Assembly (NCBI RefSeq): GCF_963506605.1
Contig: NC_083277.1
Coordinates: 87,296,001-87,360,000 of the forward strand
Length of the DNA stretch: 64,000 bases
Source of the DNA: Zootoca vivipara
Taxonomy: Eukaryota
Direction of reading: 5' to 3'
Shown here piece by piece: positions 51,225 through 64,000 of the stretch; the first letter of the stretch is position 1; each line of letters starts with the position of its first letter. The notes beneath the pieces were generated by a model. It saw only the letters and a list, made by a program, of their open reading frames with translations, had not been told where the DNA came from and made no database searches. The position numbers and the translations under genes are program-made.

Positions 51225-52645
51225 GTCTTATCACCTGTGATGCTGTCACCATGAGTGATGAAACCTCTCCCCATGCTGCATATTTACAGTGGTTTGTGCC
51301 TTTGAAATGTCTGCCTGAACTGTACCACTCAAACTGAAGCACATATGCATTCTTTTAAAAACAAGGGTGTTCTTCCTTTCTAGCACTTGAGCATGCACAT
51401 TTCCTGATAATAAATTTTTTTAAAAAAGAGGTGGAGGCAGAAGCACCCAGTTGGAAAGGACGTTTCCACCACCACCACCACCACCAAGAAAACTGGTATA
51501 AACCGAGAATGGAGTATTGCAGATTCTACTTGTGCTGCTTTAACACTGAAAGCAAAATCTGGATTTTATTGTCATCTGGAATGACTCCCAGATTTAAATG
51601 CTTCTTCCTGCTCCATTGCAAAATGGGGAAATCTACATCTTCCTTATTGCTAGTAAAAGAAGTCATGTCACATGAGGCAAAACACACCGAGGCAATACTT
51701 TCCAGCAGTTCACATAAAACCCCAAATCCATCAAAGCCTGCAAAAACTCGAATCCTGTTTATAAGCAGAGGGAAAGCATTAATCTCTAGCTTTCTTATTT
51801 TGTACCCATTAAACTGTAATGCAAGGTGACATTGTTTCTGCTAGAAGTTCTGGTCTTGATGTAAGAGTATATTATATCCAACAGGATAGAACCTAACGAG
51901 GTAATGATGGCTGTCAAAGGCAGTATGCCTCAATACTGGTTGCTGCAGGTCACACGTGGGGAGGGAGCTGTTGGGTTCCTGTTGTACTTACAGGCTTCCT
52001 GTCAGGCATCTGGTTGGCCATGGTGAGAACAGGATTCTGGACTAGATGGGTCTTTGGCAGGATTAACGGGGCTCTTATGCTCTTGGTGGAGGGGGGGGGA
52101 GATGAAGCAAGAGTCATTCAATTGAGACATTAAGTCTGCTTTTGGCAAAGATGGGAATTAACAGCACATTTTCTTGATGTAGCAGACCCTCCACTATTCG
52201 ATGTCTTTTAAAGTATCACTGGACACCATCCAGGTGAAATTAATATATTCTTGCTGTGGTGTTTTTTTTTATAAAAAAAAATGGATGCATTGAATTTCTG
52301 TCAACTGTTATTCACCTTCTTTTTGACTGGTTTCTCTCTGGGGATCAAGACCATGTGATGCAAAGTGAAATTAAAAGATTTGACAAGGAACACTGGTGCA
52401 GCCATGTCCTAGCACCACAGAGGTCTTGTTTAGATTTAAAATCTGTCATCACAACAAGTGTGGAAATGCTGTATAATATGCATGTAATACATAGAAGCAT
52501 AGGAAGCCGTCTTACATCAAGTCACACTCTTGGTTCATCTAGCTCAGTACTGCCTCCAACAGCAACAGGAAACTAGATCTGGTGACAGTGCCACCCTCTG
52601 CAGCCCAAACTTTTCCTTTGTACCCCAGGCTTTGCACCCCCAGTA

Positions 52646-52924
52646 TGTTGTTGTTTAGTCGTTTAGTCGTGTCCAACTCTTCGTGACCCCATGGACCACA
52701 GCACGCCAGGCACTCCTGTCTTGCACTACCTCCCACAGTTTGGTCAAGCTCATGTTAGTAGCTTCGAGAACACTGTCCAACCATCTCGTCCTCTGTCGTC
52801 CCCTTCTCCTAGTGCCCTCAATCTTTCCCAACATCAAGGTCTTTTCCAGGGAGTCTTCTCTTCTCATGAGGTGGCCAAAGTATTGGAGCCTCAGCTTCAC
52901 GATCTGTCCTTCCAGTGAGCACTG
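52646..52924 (-). mobile_element. RTE/BovB-type LINE 3' fragment
   Basis: KLRLQYFGHLMRREDSLEKTLMLGKIEGTRRRGRQRTRWLD...WRAVVHGVTKSWTRLND* and (CAA)n tail. Confidence 0.9.
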
Positions 52925-55007
52925 AGTATACAGTATACTGAGGGACTTTTAAAGAGTAAGAAGGTTTATCTCCAATAAAGGCTTTATTTAAAGACATGGT
53001 CACAGGGGTTTAAATTGCAGGAAACTCTTTAACTTCCGTCTTTCAAGATGGTCTCATCATGCCAAGATTGGAGATACTCCTCAGCCTGCTGCTTTTCATT
53101 GTCAAACAGCAGGCAGATGCTTACCTTTCTGACCTTAGCCCTTAACACCACAGCACTAAGAGTGGAGATAAGCTTATCCCAAATTTTAGTGCTGTGGTGT
53201 TTAGTTCTAAGATCAGAGATACCTCATCTCTGATCTCCGCACTTACTGCTTAGAAGATCAGAGATAACATAACATATCTTCACGCCAAATGTCATAACAT
53301 TAGGTTCCTGGGCATGGTTTGTGTCAATGTAGTCAACACCTACACATGCCCCTTCCCTGTATAAGAAGCATACAGTACTAATCTTCTGTTGGCAAGGGAG
53401 AAATGGAAACCCATATCCTTTCTTAATTTCTGGTGGGTTTTTGATTCCCTCCTACAGTGTAGGTGATTGACTGGTTGATAAGATTTCTTACCTGCCCTTC
53501 TCTATAAGGCCCCAGCGCAGCTTATAGAAATAGAAAATGCAAAGATATAAACAGATAAAATCATACAGTTATGAAATATATAAAATACATAAAAATCATT
53601 ACAAATGGAACAGAACCATGCTAATTCAGCAATAGAGTTGGGTGCGACAAAACAAACACATTGCTAAGGAGTTAAGGCAACAGCTACTGCTGAGCAATGG
53701 GCTTCTAGCTGCTAAGGAGTTAAGGCAAGGGCTGGAACCCAGCACAGAGCTAGATGCTTAGCCAATTAAAATCAATAGGCTGAGGTAACTTGGCTCTGCA
53801 CAGGATTGTGGCAGAATACAAAAAACCATATCATCATAGAACTTTATATTGAGAAATCACAAAAATCCTTCTCTGTGTACCACTGGGAATGCTTTTATTG
53901 ATCATGCCTTTAAAATGGAAATGAAATGAAGTACAGATTTGTTTCAGCCTGTTTTCCAAAAACCACCATGAACTGGATTTTTAAAAATTATACTTTCTTA
54001 CTTCAAAATATTTCTCCTTTCATCCCATTATAATAACAACTTTCATTTCATTTTTTCAGTGTCCACATCAAATGAACAAAAAACTTGCCAACTGCAGTGG
54101 TTACTGTTATTTTTTACGCGCAATTTTTTTTATTTTGTGTGTGTGTGTTGTGTCACAATATTTATTCAGATTTACAACAATCATGCTATAATTTTATAAT
54201 TACATTGTACTATACAGTATATATATATGGCTCAATGTCTTCTTGAGCTTTCTTTCATCAATACATAAAAAGATGCTCCATTTTTCAATAAAAATATGAA
54301 AAAGGTGTTAGTTAGCTTTACCATGTGGGGCCACCACTAAGATCCTGAAAATATAGTAAGTAGCAGTCAATGTGGTAGGAAGAACTGCTGAGCCATCCTC
54401 CTGACCCCAAGGTTACTACAGCTTATGATTGGGGCAGGGCAGGGCAGTAGCACTCCAGGTGCCCGAGTGGCTAGCTCCGCCACTGGTAGTAACAAGGCCA
54501 CACCTGCATGGACACACCAATGGAGCCAATCTGGTGTTCCCTATGATGGGTCCACACAGTCCTGATGACACCATTGCCCTTCCACATCCTATTCCCATCC
54601 AGGTAGTAATGCCAGCATCAGGAGGTCATCTCCATGGGTCTGCCCGCCCACAATGGCTGCAGCAATCTATTGTTCTCTTCAGCGTTATTTTGACTTACGG
54701 TATTAGTCACTCACTACAAAAGAGTCTCTAAGCGACTTGCAAAAAATTAAGAGCCAAAGGCATAGCATAAAAAAGGAATGCATTACAGTAAAACCATTAC
54801 AGTGCCCAGTAAACAGACACAGCAAAACAGCAAAACTTCAGCGGCAGAAAATAGTAAATAAAGAGCAGAATATTTATCATAATCCATCAAATGTCTGGGG
54901 TTTTTATCTGATGCAGAAAGGATTGTAATGATGGTTCTGTTGGGTATAATGCTGGGGTTCTTATTTTTCCTCCACTTGCGTTATATGAGCAGCTGTTCAA
55001 AGATGTA

Positions 55008-55249
55008 CAGTGGTACCTCTACTTACGAATGACTCGACTTACGAATGTTTCCACTTACGAATGGAGCTCCTTCCACCATCTTGGATGCGGTTTAGATAGG
55101 ATTTTTTCTACTTACGAATTTTTAGATAGGGTTGCTTCAACTTATGATTTTTTTCTCCCAATGCATTCCTATGGGATTCGACTTACAAATTTTTCGACTT
55201 ACGAATGTGCGTTCGGAACGCATTAAATTCGTAAGTAGAGGTACCACTG
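55008..55249. mobile_element. Tigger/pogo-like MITE
   Basis: Perfect TIR cagtggtacctctacttacgaat; TA TSD; internal acttacgaat repeats. Confidence 0.88.
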
Positions 55250-55744
55250 TACAACATCACCATCCCTCTGTCCTCTATTGAAGCTATGGTAAATCTTTCA
55301 CATAACCAACCAAATAACGTAAGTACTATTTGGCAACAGATTGCGTCTGCTGGCAATTCACTTTAATTTTTCTTACTATGACTGACCAAAAGCTTCTTGC
55401 CTTTGAGTAAGACCAAAATATATGATCCAGACCTGCATTTATTGCCTTATGTCTCCAGTAGATACTGCTTGTGATTCTGGAAGACTGCCACCCTCCACCA
55501 AACTGATACTGTCTGAAAAAATGAGATCTAGTTCTCCACACAGTAATCCTTTTTATTAAGCCTCATGTTAACTTAACTTTTCTCTCCCAGAAAGGGATAT
55601 CCAATGGCCATTGGGGGTCAGTAGTCAGCAATCTCCCTGACATATTGCTTACCAGCCACCATAAAAGTATAAACTGCCCTCCTAGGGTGCTTTTGGATGA
55701 GTTGTTTATTGAACATCCATCTTGATTTGTTTGTAGAGAGGTTA

Positions 55745-56147
55745 TGTCGTAGTGTCGTGCTGCTCAGCCACGGCAGAGCTCAGTGGCGGGCAAAGCCAAC
55801 CAACCAACCAAGTCTCAGGGGGGTACTTGCCTGTGGGCAAAGTCCAAATGCAAGGTTCAGTGCCGTCCTAAGGTCAGGAGTATTTCAGTTCACGTAGTCA
55901 GACAGTCCGGGGGTCAAGAAAGCTGAGAGTCCAAGGTCACGAGAAGTAAGAAGCGGCAAGGTCAGGCCAGGAACTACAAATGTTGTTTCCAGCAATTGAC
56001 TGAGGCTGGAAACCCTGCTTAAGAAAGCTGGAGCCAACTGGTTCACATCAGGAGCAAGAAGGCTGATCAGCAGTAGGTGGAGTCACTCTGCCTTCTGCTC
56101 CTTCAGGCTGATGGTCAGTAGGTGAAGCCAATTCCTGGCCCATGACA
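55745..56147. mobile_element. Probable solo LTR (Gypsy-like)
   Basis: TGTCGT...ATGACA termini; 5-bp TSD ggtta. Confidence 0.7.
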
Positions 56148-56155
56148 GGTTAGAT

Positions 56156-56290
56156 CAGGCATCCCCAAACTGCGGCCCTCCAGATGTTTGGCCTACAACT
56201 CCCATGATCCCTAGCTAACAGGACCAGTGGTCGGGGGAGATGGGAACTGTAGTCCAAAACATCTGGAGGGCCGAAGTTTGGGGATGCCTG
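56156..56290. mobile_element. Charlie/Buster-like hAT MITE
   Basis: TIR caggcatccccaaact; TSD ggttagat. Confidence 0.9.
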
Positions 56291-56744
56291 GGTTAGATGG
56301 TTTTCCATCAAAACAAGTGTTATCTCCCACTGGTATTTAAGGTGAACCAATACTAATACACTTGAATGGATCTATCCTCCATGAATTGTTTGGTCTACTT
56401 TCAAAGCCATCTAAAGGGCACACCTTGATGCAATGATGTCAGGGACTGAGACAACTCCAAAGAATCTGTGAAAGAGGTAGGGGACCAGGGGAGGGACCGA
56501 GGAGTGGGGACCAGTGATTTATGGGGTTTGATGCCACCTGCAAAACAGGATCCAGGGAAGAAGAGTCTGGGCAGTCTGAGGCATAGGGAGAGGGGAAAGG
56601 GAAAGAAGGGGGAGGAGGATAAAGGAAGGTGATGAGTGGAGGGAGGGAGGGAGGGAGGGATGCACAAAGGCAGGCAGACAGATGGACCAACAGAGGAGGA
56701 ATAGGAGAGGAGGAGGAGCAGAACAGACCCCGATGACCGCGAAG

Positions 56745-58824
56745 CATGGGCGTAGGCAGGGGGCAGGAGGGGGCAGCTGCCCCCCCTAGAAGCAAAAAAA
56801 TTAATGTATTTTACAGACCATAACCAGCACTTTTACCCTCCAAAAACTGAAGTGGAAAGGGCTTTGCTTTAGCAAGAGCAGCTAAGTCTCCGCTTGCTGG
56901 GGGGGGGGGACACACAGCAGTAACAAAAACACATCAAATAAAGCAAAGTGGCTACCAGTAGTTAAGCAGTTAAGACAATGGAGCATATATCCCCAGGCAA
57001 GATTCGATAGCTGACCATTTCACCCTATTGTTCTTAAGTGGGAGTTGTTAATGAGCATTCAGGAGCATTAAGAGTTCTATTGGCGATTTAATGAGGGTGC
57101 AGACTCAGAGGATTCAATTTGACTAAGGTGGCTCTGCAAGGCTAAAAAGAAGTGAATAAGAAAGGGGGGAGGCTGTAGGTTTGACAGACACAGTGATGTT
57201 TATAAAAAGCATTGGTGTTCCAGTCTGCCCCTCCTCCTGCATCTGTATACTGTAAATCAGGGGTGGCCACCTCCCAAGAGACTCTGATCTACTCAGAGTT
57301 TAAAACTGGGGGTGATCTACCCCCTTTTGGGGGGTTCAGGTCAAAGCTGTTGAGTTTTTTTTAAAGGAAGGGAAGCCCTGTTTTTTGGGGTTTAGGTCAA
57401 ACTTGTTGAGCTTCTTTTAGGAGGGAGGGAGGCCCATTTTTGTTTAGGGCTTCAGGTCATAGTTCAACTTTTTTGAGGGAGGAGGAAAATTTTGGGTGAG
57501 CTTTTTTTAGGGGTGCCAGTGACCTACCAGTGATCTACCACAGACATCCAGTGATCTACTGGTAGATCACAATCTACCTGTTGGACGTGCCTGCTGTAAA
57601 TCAAGCAGAGAGAAAGCTGCTTACAAGGCTCCTGTACATGCAGATTTCCAGCATCACAGCGTCACCCAGAGGCACCCACAAATATGAGTTATCCCTCTCT
57701 CTATTTCTTCCTTCCTTCCCTCCCTCTTCCATCCTTAATAAAATACGGGGGGAGGCAGATAAGCCCCACATAGAAAGCCCATCAACATGGGGGGATGACT
57801 CTTTCAAATACAGTATTTACCAGTAATTGGGGGGGGGGAGAGGCACCTAGGCCTCTAGGAGTTGGCTGCTATGCCTAGGAGTAGGACAATTCAAGAAAGC
57901 AGAACGATGCATATGGTGTGGTAATATATCAATAGAATCGTAGAATTGTAGTCGGAAGGGACCACAAGGGTCATCTAGTCCAACCCGCTGCAATGCAGGA
58001 TTTTTTTCCTAAGGTGGGGCTTGAACCATGGTTGAAATATTATGCTGATATGCAGCAACGCCTCGGAGCCATCGTGGCTGCGGCCATGCCTTGCCCCGCC
58101 CTCGCCCGCCCTTCCACCCCCTCTCGCCTGCCCGACCCTCCTGTCCTCTTGCTGCAGAGTTCCAGCATCACAGCGTCATCCAGAGACACCCACAAATATG
58201 AGTTATCTCTCTCTCTATTTCTTCTTTCCTTCCCTCCCTCTTCCATCCTTAATAAAATACGGGGGGGGGGCAGATAAGCCCCACATAGAAAGCCCATCAA
58301 CATGGGGGGATGACTCTTTCAAATACGGTAATCACCAGTAATTGGGGGGGGGGGGCACCTAGGCCTCTAGGAGTTGGATGCTATGCCTAGGAGTAGGACA
58401 ATTCAAGAAAGCAGAATGATGCATATGCTATGGTAATATATCAATAGAATCATAGAATTGTAGTCGGAAGGGACCACAAGGGTCAACTAGTCCAACCCCC
58501 TGCAATGCAGGATTTTTTTCCTAAGGTGGGGCTTGAACCATGGTTGAAATATTATGCTGATATGCAGCAACGCCTCGGAGCCGTCGTGGCTGCGGCCGTG
58601 TCTTGCCTCGCCCTCCCGTCCTCTCCAGCCAAGCAGGGTAGCCGCCAACGCTACCAGCCCCAGAAGCACAAGGTGGCCGCTGCTGCCGCCGCCACAATGT
58701 CATCAGGCCCGCTGGCCCTTTAGCCCCGCCCACTTCATGGCCCCTCCCCTTCCGTGCCTTGGCCCCGCCCCTGAACGACCATGGCTTGCCCCCCCCCCTA
58801 GTTTTGATCCTGGCTACGCCCCTG
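56745..58824 (-). mobile_element. 2.1-kb composite non-autonomous hAT element, copy B (inverted relative to copy A)
   Basis: Reverse complement of 23642-25754 with few substitutions and a ~37-bp deletion; perfect TSD ccgcgaag (56737-56744, 58825-58832); nested MITE at 57258-57593 with TSD ctgtaaat. Confidence 0.92.
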
Positions 58825-61800
58825 CCGCGAAGAAAGGCACTAGTGGAATGTGAAAGTTGACGAAAAGCAAACTTTTTGAGTTTCTTGTCCATGGTCTCTC
58901 CCAGCTACAGAAGCACCGATTCAGCTCCTTGCCAAGGGTGCAAAGGAGCCTAGGAACACGCCTCTGCTTAGAACCCTGTGCAATCAGGTTCCACATCACA
59001 GGGGGGCCTACAGAGAGAGCAGCTTCTCCTCTTCACACCTTCCCCCAATGCATGAGCAGCCAGAGGCTGGGGTTTATGGCAGGGCAGGTAGGTGGTAGGT
59101 GGATGAATGGATGGGTGGATGGAACCATTCGCTCTTCCTCCATGTATTTCATGTAGGAATTACAGGGAGGATAACAGAGAGGATACATAAATGATATCCA
59201 GGTAGGACAGGGATGGGAAAACCTGTGGACTTCTTTGTGTTGTTGGGCTACAGCTCCCATCACTCCTGCCAATTGACTCTACTGGCTGGGGCTCATGGGA
59301 ACTGAAGTCCAATAACATATCAAGGAGCACAGATTCCCCATCCCAGTCTAGTGTTATGAGAGGAAGAGGAAAAAATACCTCTAACCAGTCTCTGTGCTCC
59401 ATAAATAATTTTTAAACCACTATCACACCATATCCCCCCCCCTTTGGTTTTCTTTCTTCTTATTTTTAAAGTTCCAAATATTGGATAGTCTTTCCCCATA
59501 AGAAATATGTTCCAACCCCATTGTCATCCCCCCCCCTTTCTGTACCTTTTCCAACTCCACTTATATCTTTTTTTTCAGGATATGGCTAGAACCACATGCA
59601 ATTTCCAAAATGAAGTCAACTATCATTTTTATAAAGACATTACTGGCAGTATTATTTCCATTTCCTCTCTTCATAATTCCTGGCATCAAATGTGCCTCTT
59701 TTACTGCTGCCAGACGCTGTTTTATATTTTCACTGAGTAGCAGTGGCTCTAGGGGATAGGAACCTTTTTTGCAGGGCGGTGGGGGGGGTAGTTGTTACTA
59801 TTTTAAAACAATTGGGAATCAGAAATCTTTGGCAATGTACTACAAGTCACCCAGAGATTTGTCACCGGATCACAATCTACATTCTGTCTGCCCCTGCTAT
59901 AAACCCAATCATCCTAGGCATTGGTCTCACAGTTTGGCAAATTTGTAACTTACAGTGTGTGCTTTGTGCTCTTTGCAAACGAACCACTAGGTGTCACTCG
60001 AAGGTCAAGAAAAGAAAATTGAGATCTTTTAATATTCTTAGATGGTTGCAAGTGTTATTCAGATCCCTGGAAGAAGAGAGCTGCAAGGACAGCACTCAAA
60101 ATAAACATATCCTCCATGTAGTTAAACCACTGAAGCTAGCAAAAGCTCGAACAGCTGTACTCAAATTGTAGCAGAGGCAGTCCAGGTCCCAACCGTTTGT
60201 GCCAGCCCTCTCTTAGCTGCTGTTTTTAGAAGGCAATGGGCAGCATGGCTTGGCAAAAGCTGGGGGCTGGGGGCCACTTTATGGATTTCATTAAAGCCCT
60301 CCCTATATTTTCTTCCATAAACTTACCACTGTTGACCCAAACAGTACTTGGTACCCCCCCAGGCATGATTCTGCAAGCTGAAGGAAGAAGAAATGTGACA
60401 AAATAAAGCATCCCTTTGGAATTTAAGACAATATTAAGGGCATAAAATGAGCCCTGCTGGATCAAACCAGAAGCCCATCAAGACCAGCATCCTGTTTTCA
60501 CAGATGCCCACAAAAGAACACGAGAGCCACAGCGCTGTTTTTTAATCTTACTTCTTAATGCATTTGAGGCAAGATGGCAATCTGTTGGTGGATGGTTACA
60601 AGTGACCACAATGCACAAAGTCTATCCTTCCTGCCCCACCTTGTTAGCTCTAGTCCTAGTACTGTTGCTCACTACACATGTAGCCTGCTATATAACCCCA
60701 GACAGCCATGAGCAAGGCTGCCATTCATTTCCCAAAACAAGTAGTGTAAAAATGCTTTCGAAACAGCTGTTGTTGTATACTAACAATGCAACTTTATGTA
60801 TGTTCAAAGTAAGCTCTGTTGAGTGTCACAGATTCCTAATCCCTGCTCTTTGGGATTGTAGGAAGACAGAATACTGTGCAGCACTCTAGGGCTCTCTTAG
60901 GAGATTTGGTCTTAAGATTAGTCCGAATGCCTCTCTACTGGGCATCCATGCATTCCCCAAGGCCAAACAAACAAACAAACTGAGAGCTTTCTTTCCTTTA
61001 GGTTAACTTTCTTAAAAAGAATGGTTTCTGCGGTAACGTCATGGCTGAGACGTTTACCAAAGATATATACATATACATAATCTTCCTCTCTTGGCTCGTT
61101 GGTTTCTGTTTTCCTTTCTTTTCTCCCCTAGATAAAATTGCCTCCTCTACAAATTGACCTTTCAGGACACAGCTCAAAAAAGTCCAACAGGATAAACAGG
61201 AAAAGCCACCACCCCCTCCCATCTCTGTCTCCGTTGACATAGTTTCGGTCTAGTTCTTGGTGTCAAAGAAGTTATTCACCTCGGCCATCAATTTGCAGGC
61301 CCCGTGCACGGGGGGGGGAGGCGGGGAGGCCGAGGGTCTGCAGGAAGGCAAGCTTCAGACTTTGAGGCCTTCGTGTAAAACAAGACTTCTCTGTGTTTTC
61401 CCTGAGAGTGTGTACACATCCTGTCAGGCGATATTCATTCCTGCCAGGCCTCCTGCGCACACAAAAAAGGGTACCAAGAGGAGGCAAGAGCTATCCAATG
61501 GCAAATCCCACCATTTAATTGAGAGGTAAAGGGCTCGAGGTATTTATGTCCCTCCAGACGTTCGTTCAGTGGGAGCCATGCTGCCACTCCACACATCGTG
61601 CAGTCCGGCTGTGAGAAGAGGATTCGATTAGCTGCACCGCTGACTGTCAAGGTAACAGCAAACAAACCCGCAAGAAATGATGTCCAAACATCCCTGTGGT
61701 ATACATAGCTAGGCCCTTGACCACTTGCAGACTTGGCTTCTGTGTCTGACTGAGAGAAATCCCAGAAAATGCTTTCCATGTCAAATGCCCATTAGCTGAC

Positions 61801-63525
61801 TCCGAAGTGATGAGGTAGAATAGCCAAATGCACTCTGGATTGTTTATAATAAAAATATATAACACATGCATAACACAGCAAAACTGACACATGGCCAATT
61901 TGAGTTTATGTACAACCACTACCGTATTGGATTGTTCCAACATTGGGGGGGGGGTTTAAGCAGGACTGATGTAGCATGCATCAATGACTATACTCCTAAC
62001 CCTTTAAGACAGAACATGAAGGGTTTTGTTGTTTCTCGTGGTTGCCTTCTCTCCACTTTCCTGAGCGGTGAGAAATTCCAGGGCCTGCATGGTTCCAGTT
62101 TTGGTTTCCTTGGGAGCTAACCAAGTAGAAGCAGCTCCCTGCGTGGGGGAAGAGGCGCTACTCTAGCTTCCCAGCAGGTTGGCCTCTGTTGCTTTCTGGG
62201 AGGGAGAGGGGTGAGGCAGCTGGGAGGTTGGTGTGGTGCAAAAACACCAGCAGAGCCAATCTGGCACTTCTGCTGGCACGTTTGCACTGTGCTGACCTCC
62301 CTGCTGTCTTGCCGTCTCCCTACCGGCGAGCAGTAATGACCTACCGGCTGGATGGAAGGAGGGATGGGCATGAAAGAAAACAAATAATTTTTTAATATTT
62401 TTTTGCTGTAATATTTGCCTTGTTTACGCTTATAGAAGTGGAGCAGAAGTGGAGGCAAGCAAGGGGCCAGAATTGCTACCCCATATCAGGCCCACAGAGA
62501 AAGGCACCAGGTATGCCATAAATTCCCTTAGATGAATATCTATCCTTGTAGAAGTTATATTCATGTTTCACAGTCACAGTACGTGCTTCCTTCTTTACAG
62601 TAGATTAAGGAATTAAGATCATAGACACATTCAGAAATAGCTTGTAGCCACAACCTTCATGGAATATTGTCACTTCAGAATACAGAGGTGGGACCATATG
62701 ACTGAATGTTTAATCACCAATGCCCTATTTATGATTTGGTTTGCTTTATTAAGAGATTTTAAAACTGCCTTTCAGGGCACTTTACTCTCCCAAGGCAGTG
62801 TTTAAAAAACACCCCCACAAAAACAAAATATACAAAGGACAGCAAGAGCATTGAATCACATGGTATTATAGGATGATTGACAGGTGGGTGGCGCTGCCAA
62901 CATGTCAAAAATGATTCATGGAAGGTAGGCGAGTTCTGGATCTGCCTGTTGGTTGGGTCCATTGCCTCACTCATGTCTAAAACCAGCAGATTAAAGTCCC
63001 ATTACTCCCCCTTAAAATAAACAAAATTTGGTGGGTAGGTAGATCCACTCCACACATCCCATAATAATCATAACTTTTTTATTTTTTAAAAAAGTGGACC
63101 TTTCTTCTTCTTTTGCAAAGCAATAACATTCACGCCTTCAACATATGGCAGTCACCCTGCCAGCATGCAGAAGCAGAGAATTGTCCAGAAATACAGGGAT
63201 TTTTTAGAATAACCACATGCGGTGCGAAAGAAGGGTGCCCCAGCATTCTTTCTCCAATATCTCACCCTCTTTTTCCTGATTTGAAACCTGGGTTTTCCAC
63301 AGTCCCACACTTCAGGATCTTCTTACTGGCCTTACTTCTCACTGCCATTACTGCCAGGCAGCTGGCCCGCAACAGCAGCCTAGTCAGAAAACCCCATAGA
63401 GCCCCAGCTCTAATTAAGGAGAGAAGCACCAAACTTCCTAAAACCTGTAACCTAAGGGAGGGCCTCCGTGACTGACACAGCAGTCGCCGCAGAGACCCAG
63501 CATGGTGCAGTATAGGAGTATAGAG

Positions 63526-63904
63526 CAGGGGTCCCCAAACTTACCTGGCTTCGGGCCGGTGCCCGCTGCGCGGATTGCACAGCAGGCCGAAGGGCAGGGG
63601 AGCACACAGGTGCGCGCATGCACGGGCGGGCAGGCACATGCGCACATGCTATTTCTGGCGCACTTCCGGGGTCGGAAAAGCGACGGAAATAGCTTGTGCG
63701 CATGTGCACTACCTTCTCTGCCCTGGAAGTGCACTGGAAATGATGCTTGCACGCAAGCTATTTCCGTTGCTTTTCTGACCCAGAAGTGGGCAGCTGCGCC
63801 GGTAAGAGCGGGCGGTGGCAGCAGGCAGTGGGGGTCATCGCGGGCCGCATAAATGAGCCTCGTGGGCCACATGTGGCCTGCGGGCCTTAGTCTGGGGAAG
63901 CCTG
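63526..63904. mobile_element. GC-rich Charlie/Buster-like hAT element
   Basis: Ends caggggtccccaaact / agtctggggaagcctg; TSD gtatagag. Confidence 0.85.
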
Positions 63905-64000
63905 GTATAGAGTATAGGACTAGAATCAGACCCAGGTTCCAATCTATACCATAAAACTCACTATGTGCCCTTGGAGAGACATCACTATCTTACAGGGTTG

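Noticed and set aside
23642-58824. Segmental inversion or duplication as the origin of the 2.1-kb inverted repeat
   Set aside because: Homology stops exactly at the TIRs and each copy has its own matching TSD, indicating transposition.
60990-62000. Possible terminal exon or 3' UTR of an upstream minus-strand gene
   Set aside because: UTR-like composition, but no recognisable coding sequence or reliable splice structure.

Overview
Vertebrate genomic DNA, almost certainly from a squamate (lacertid-like lizard, inferred from abundant Sauria SINEs plus BovB, CR1 and L2 fragments). It contains one protein-coding gene that I can reconstruct fully. This is TRIM16 on the minus strand, with six coding exons (47400-46834, 44246-44151, 42305-42072, 39833-39662, 39566-39471, 39300-38627), all GT-AG and phase-compatible. 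The CDS is 1839 nt / 612 aa: acidic N-terminus, two B-boxes, coiled coil, PRY-SPRY, no RING. The rest is non-coding and rich in transposable elements: more than 15 hAT-type non-autonomous elements with clear 8-bp TSDs, Tc1/mariner-superfamily MITEs (TA TSD), Sauria SINEs, tRNA-derived SINEs, LINE fragments, solo-LTR-like elements and microsatellites. The most notable structure is a ~2.1 kb composite non-autonomous hAT element present twice in opposite orientation (23642-25754 and 56745-58824), bracketing TRIM16. Each copy has its own TSD and carries an internal tandem duplication, SINE fragments, a nested MITE and apparently captured genomic DNA. I found no convincing new protein-coding system; nearly all other ORF-track entries are spurious or TE-derived.
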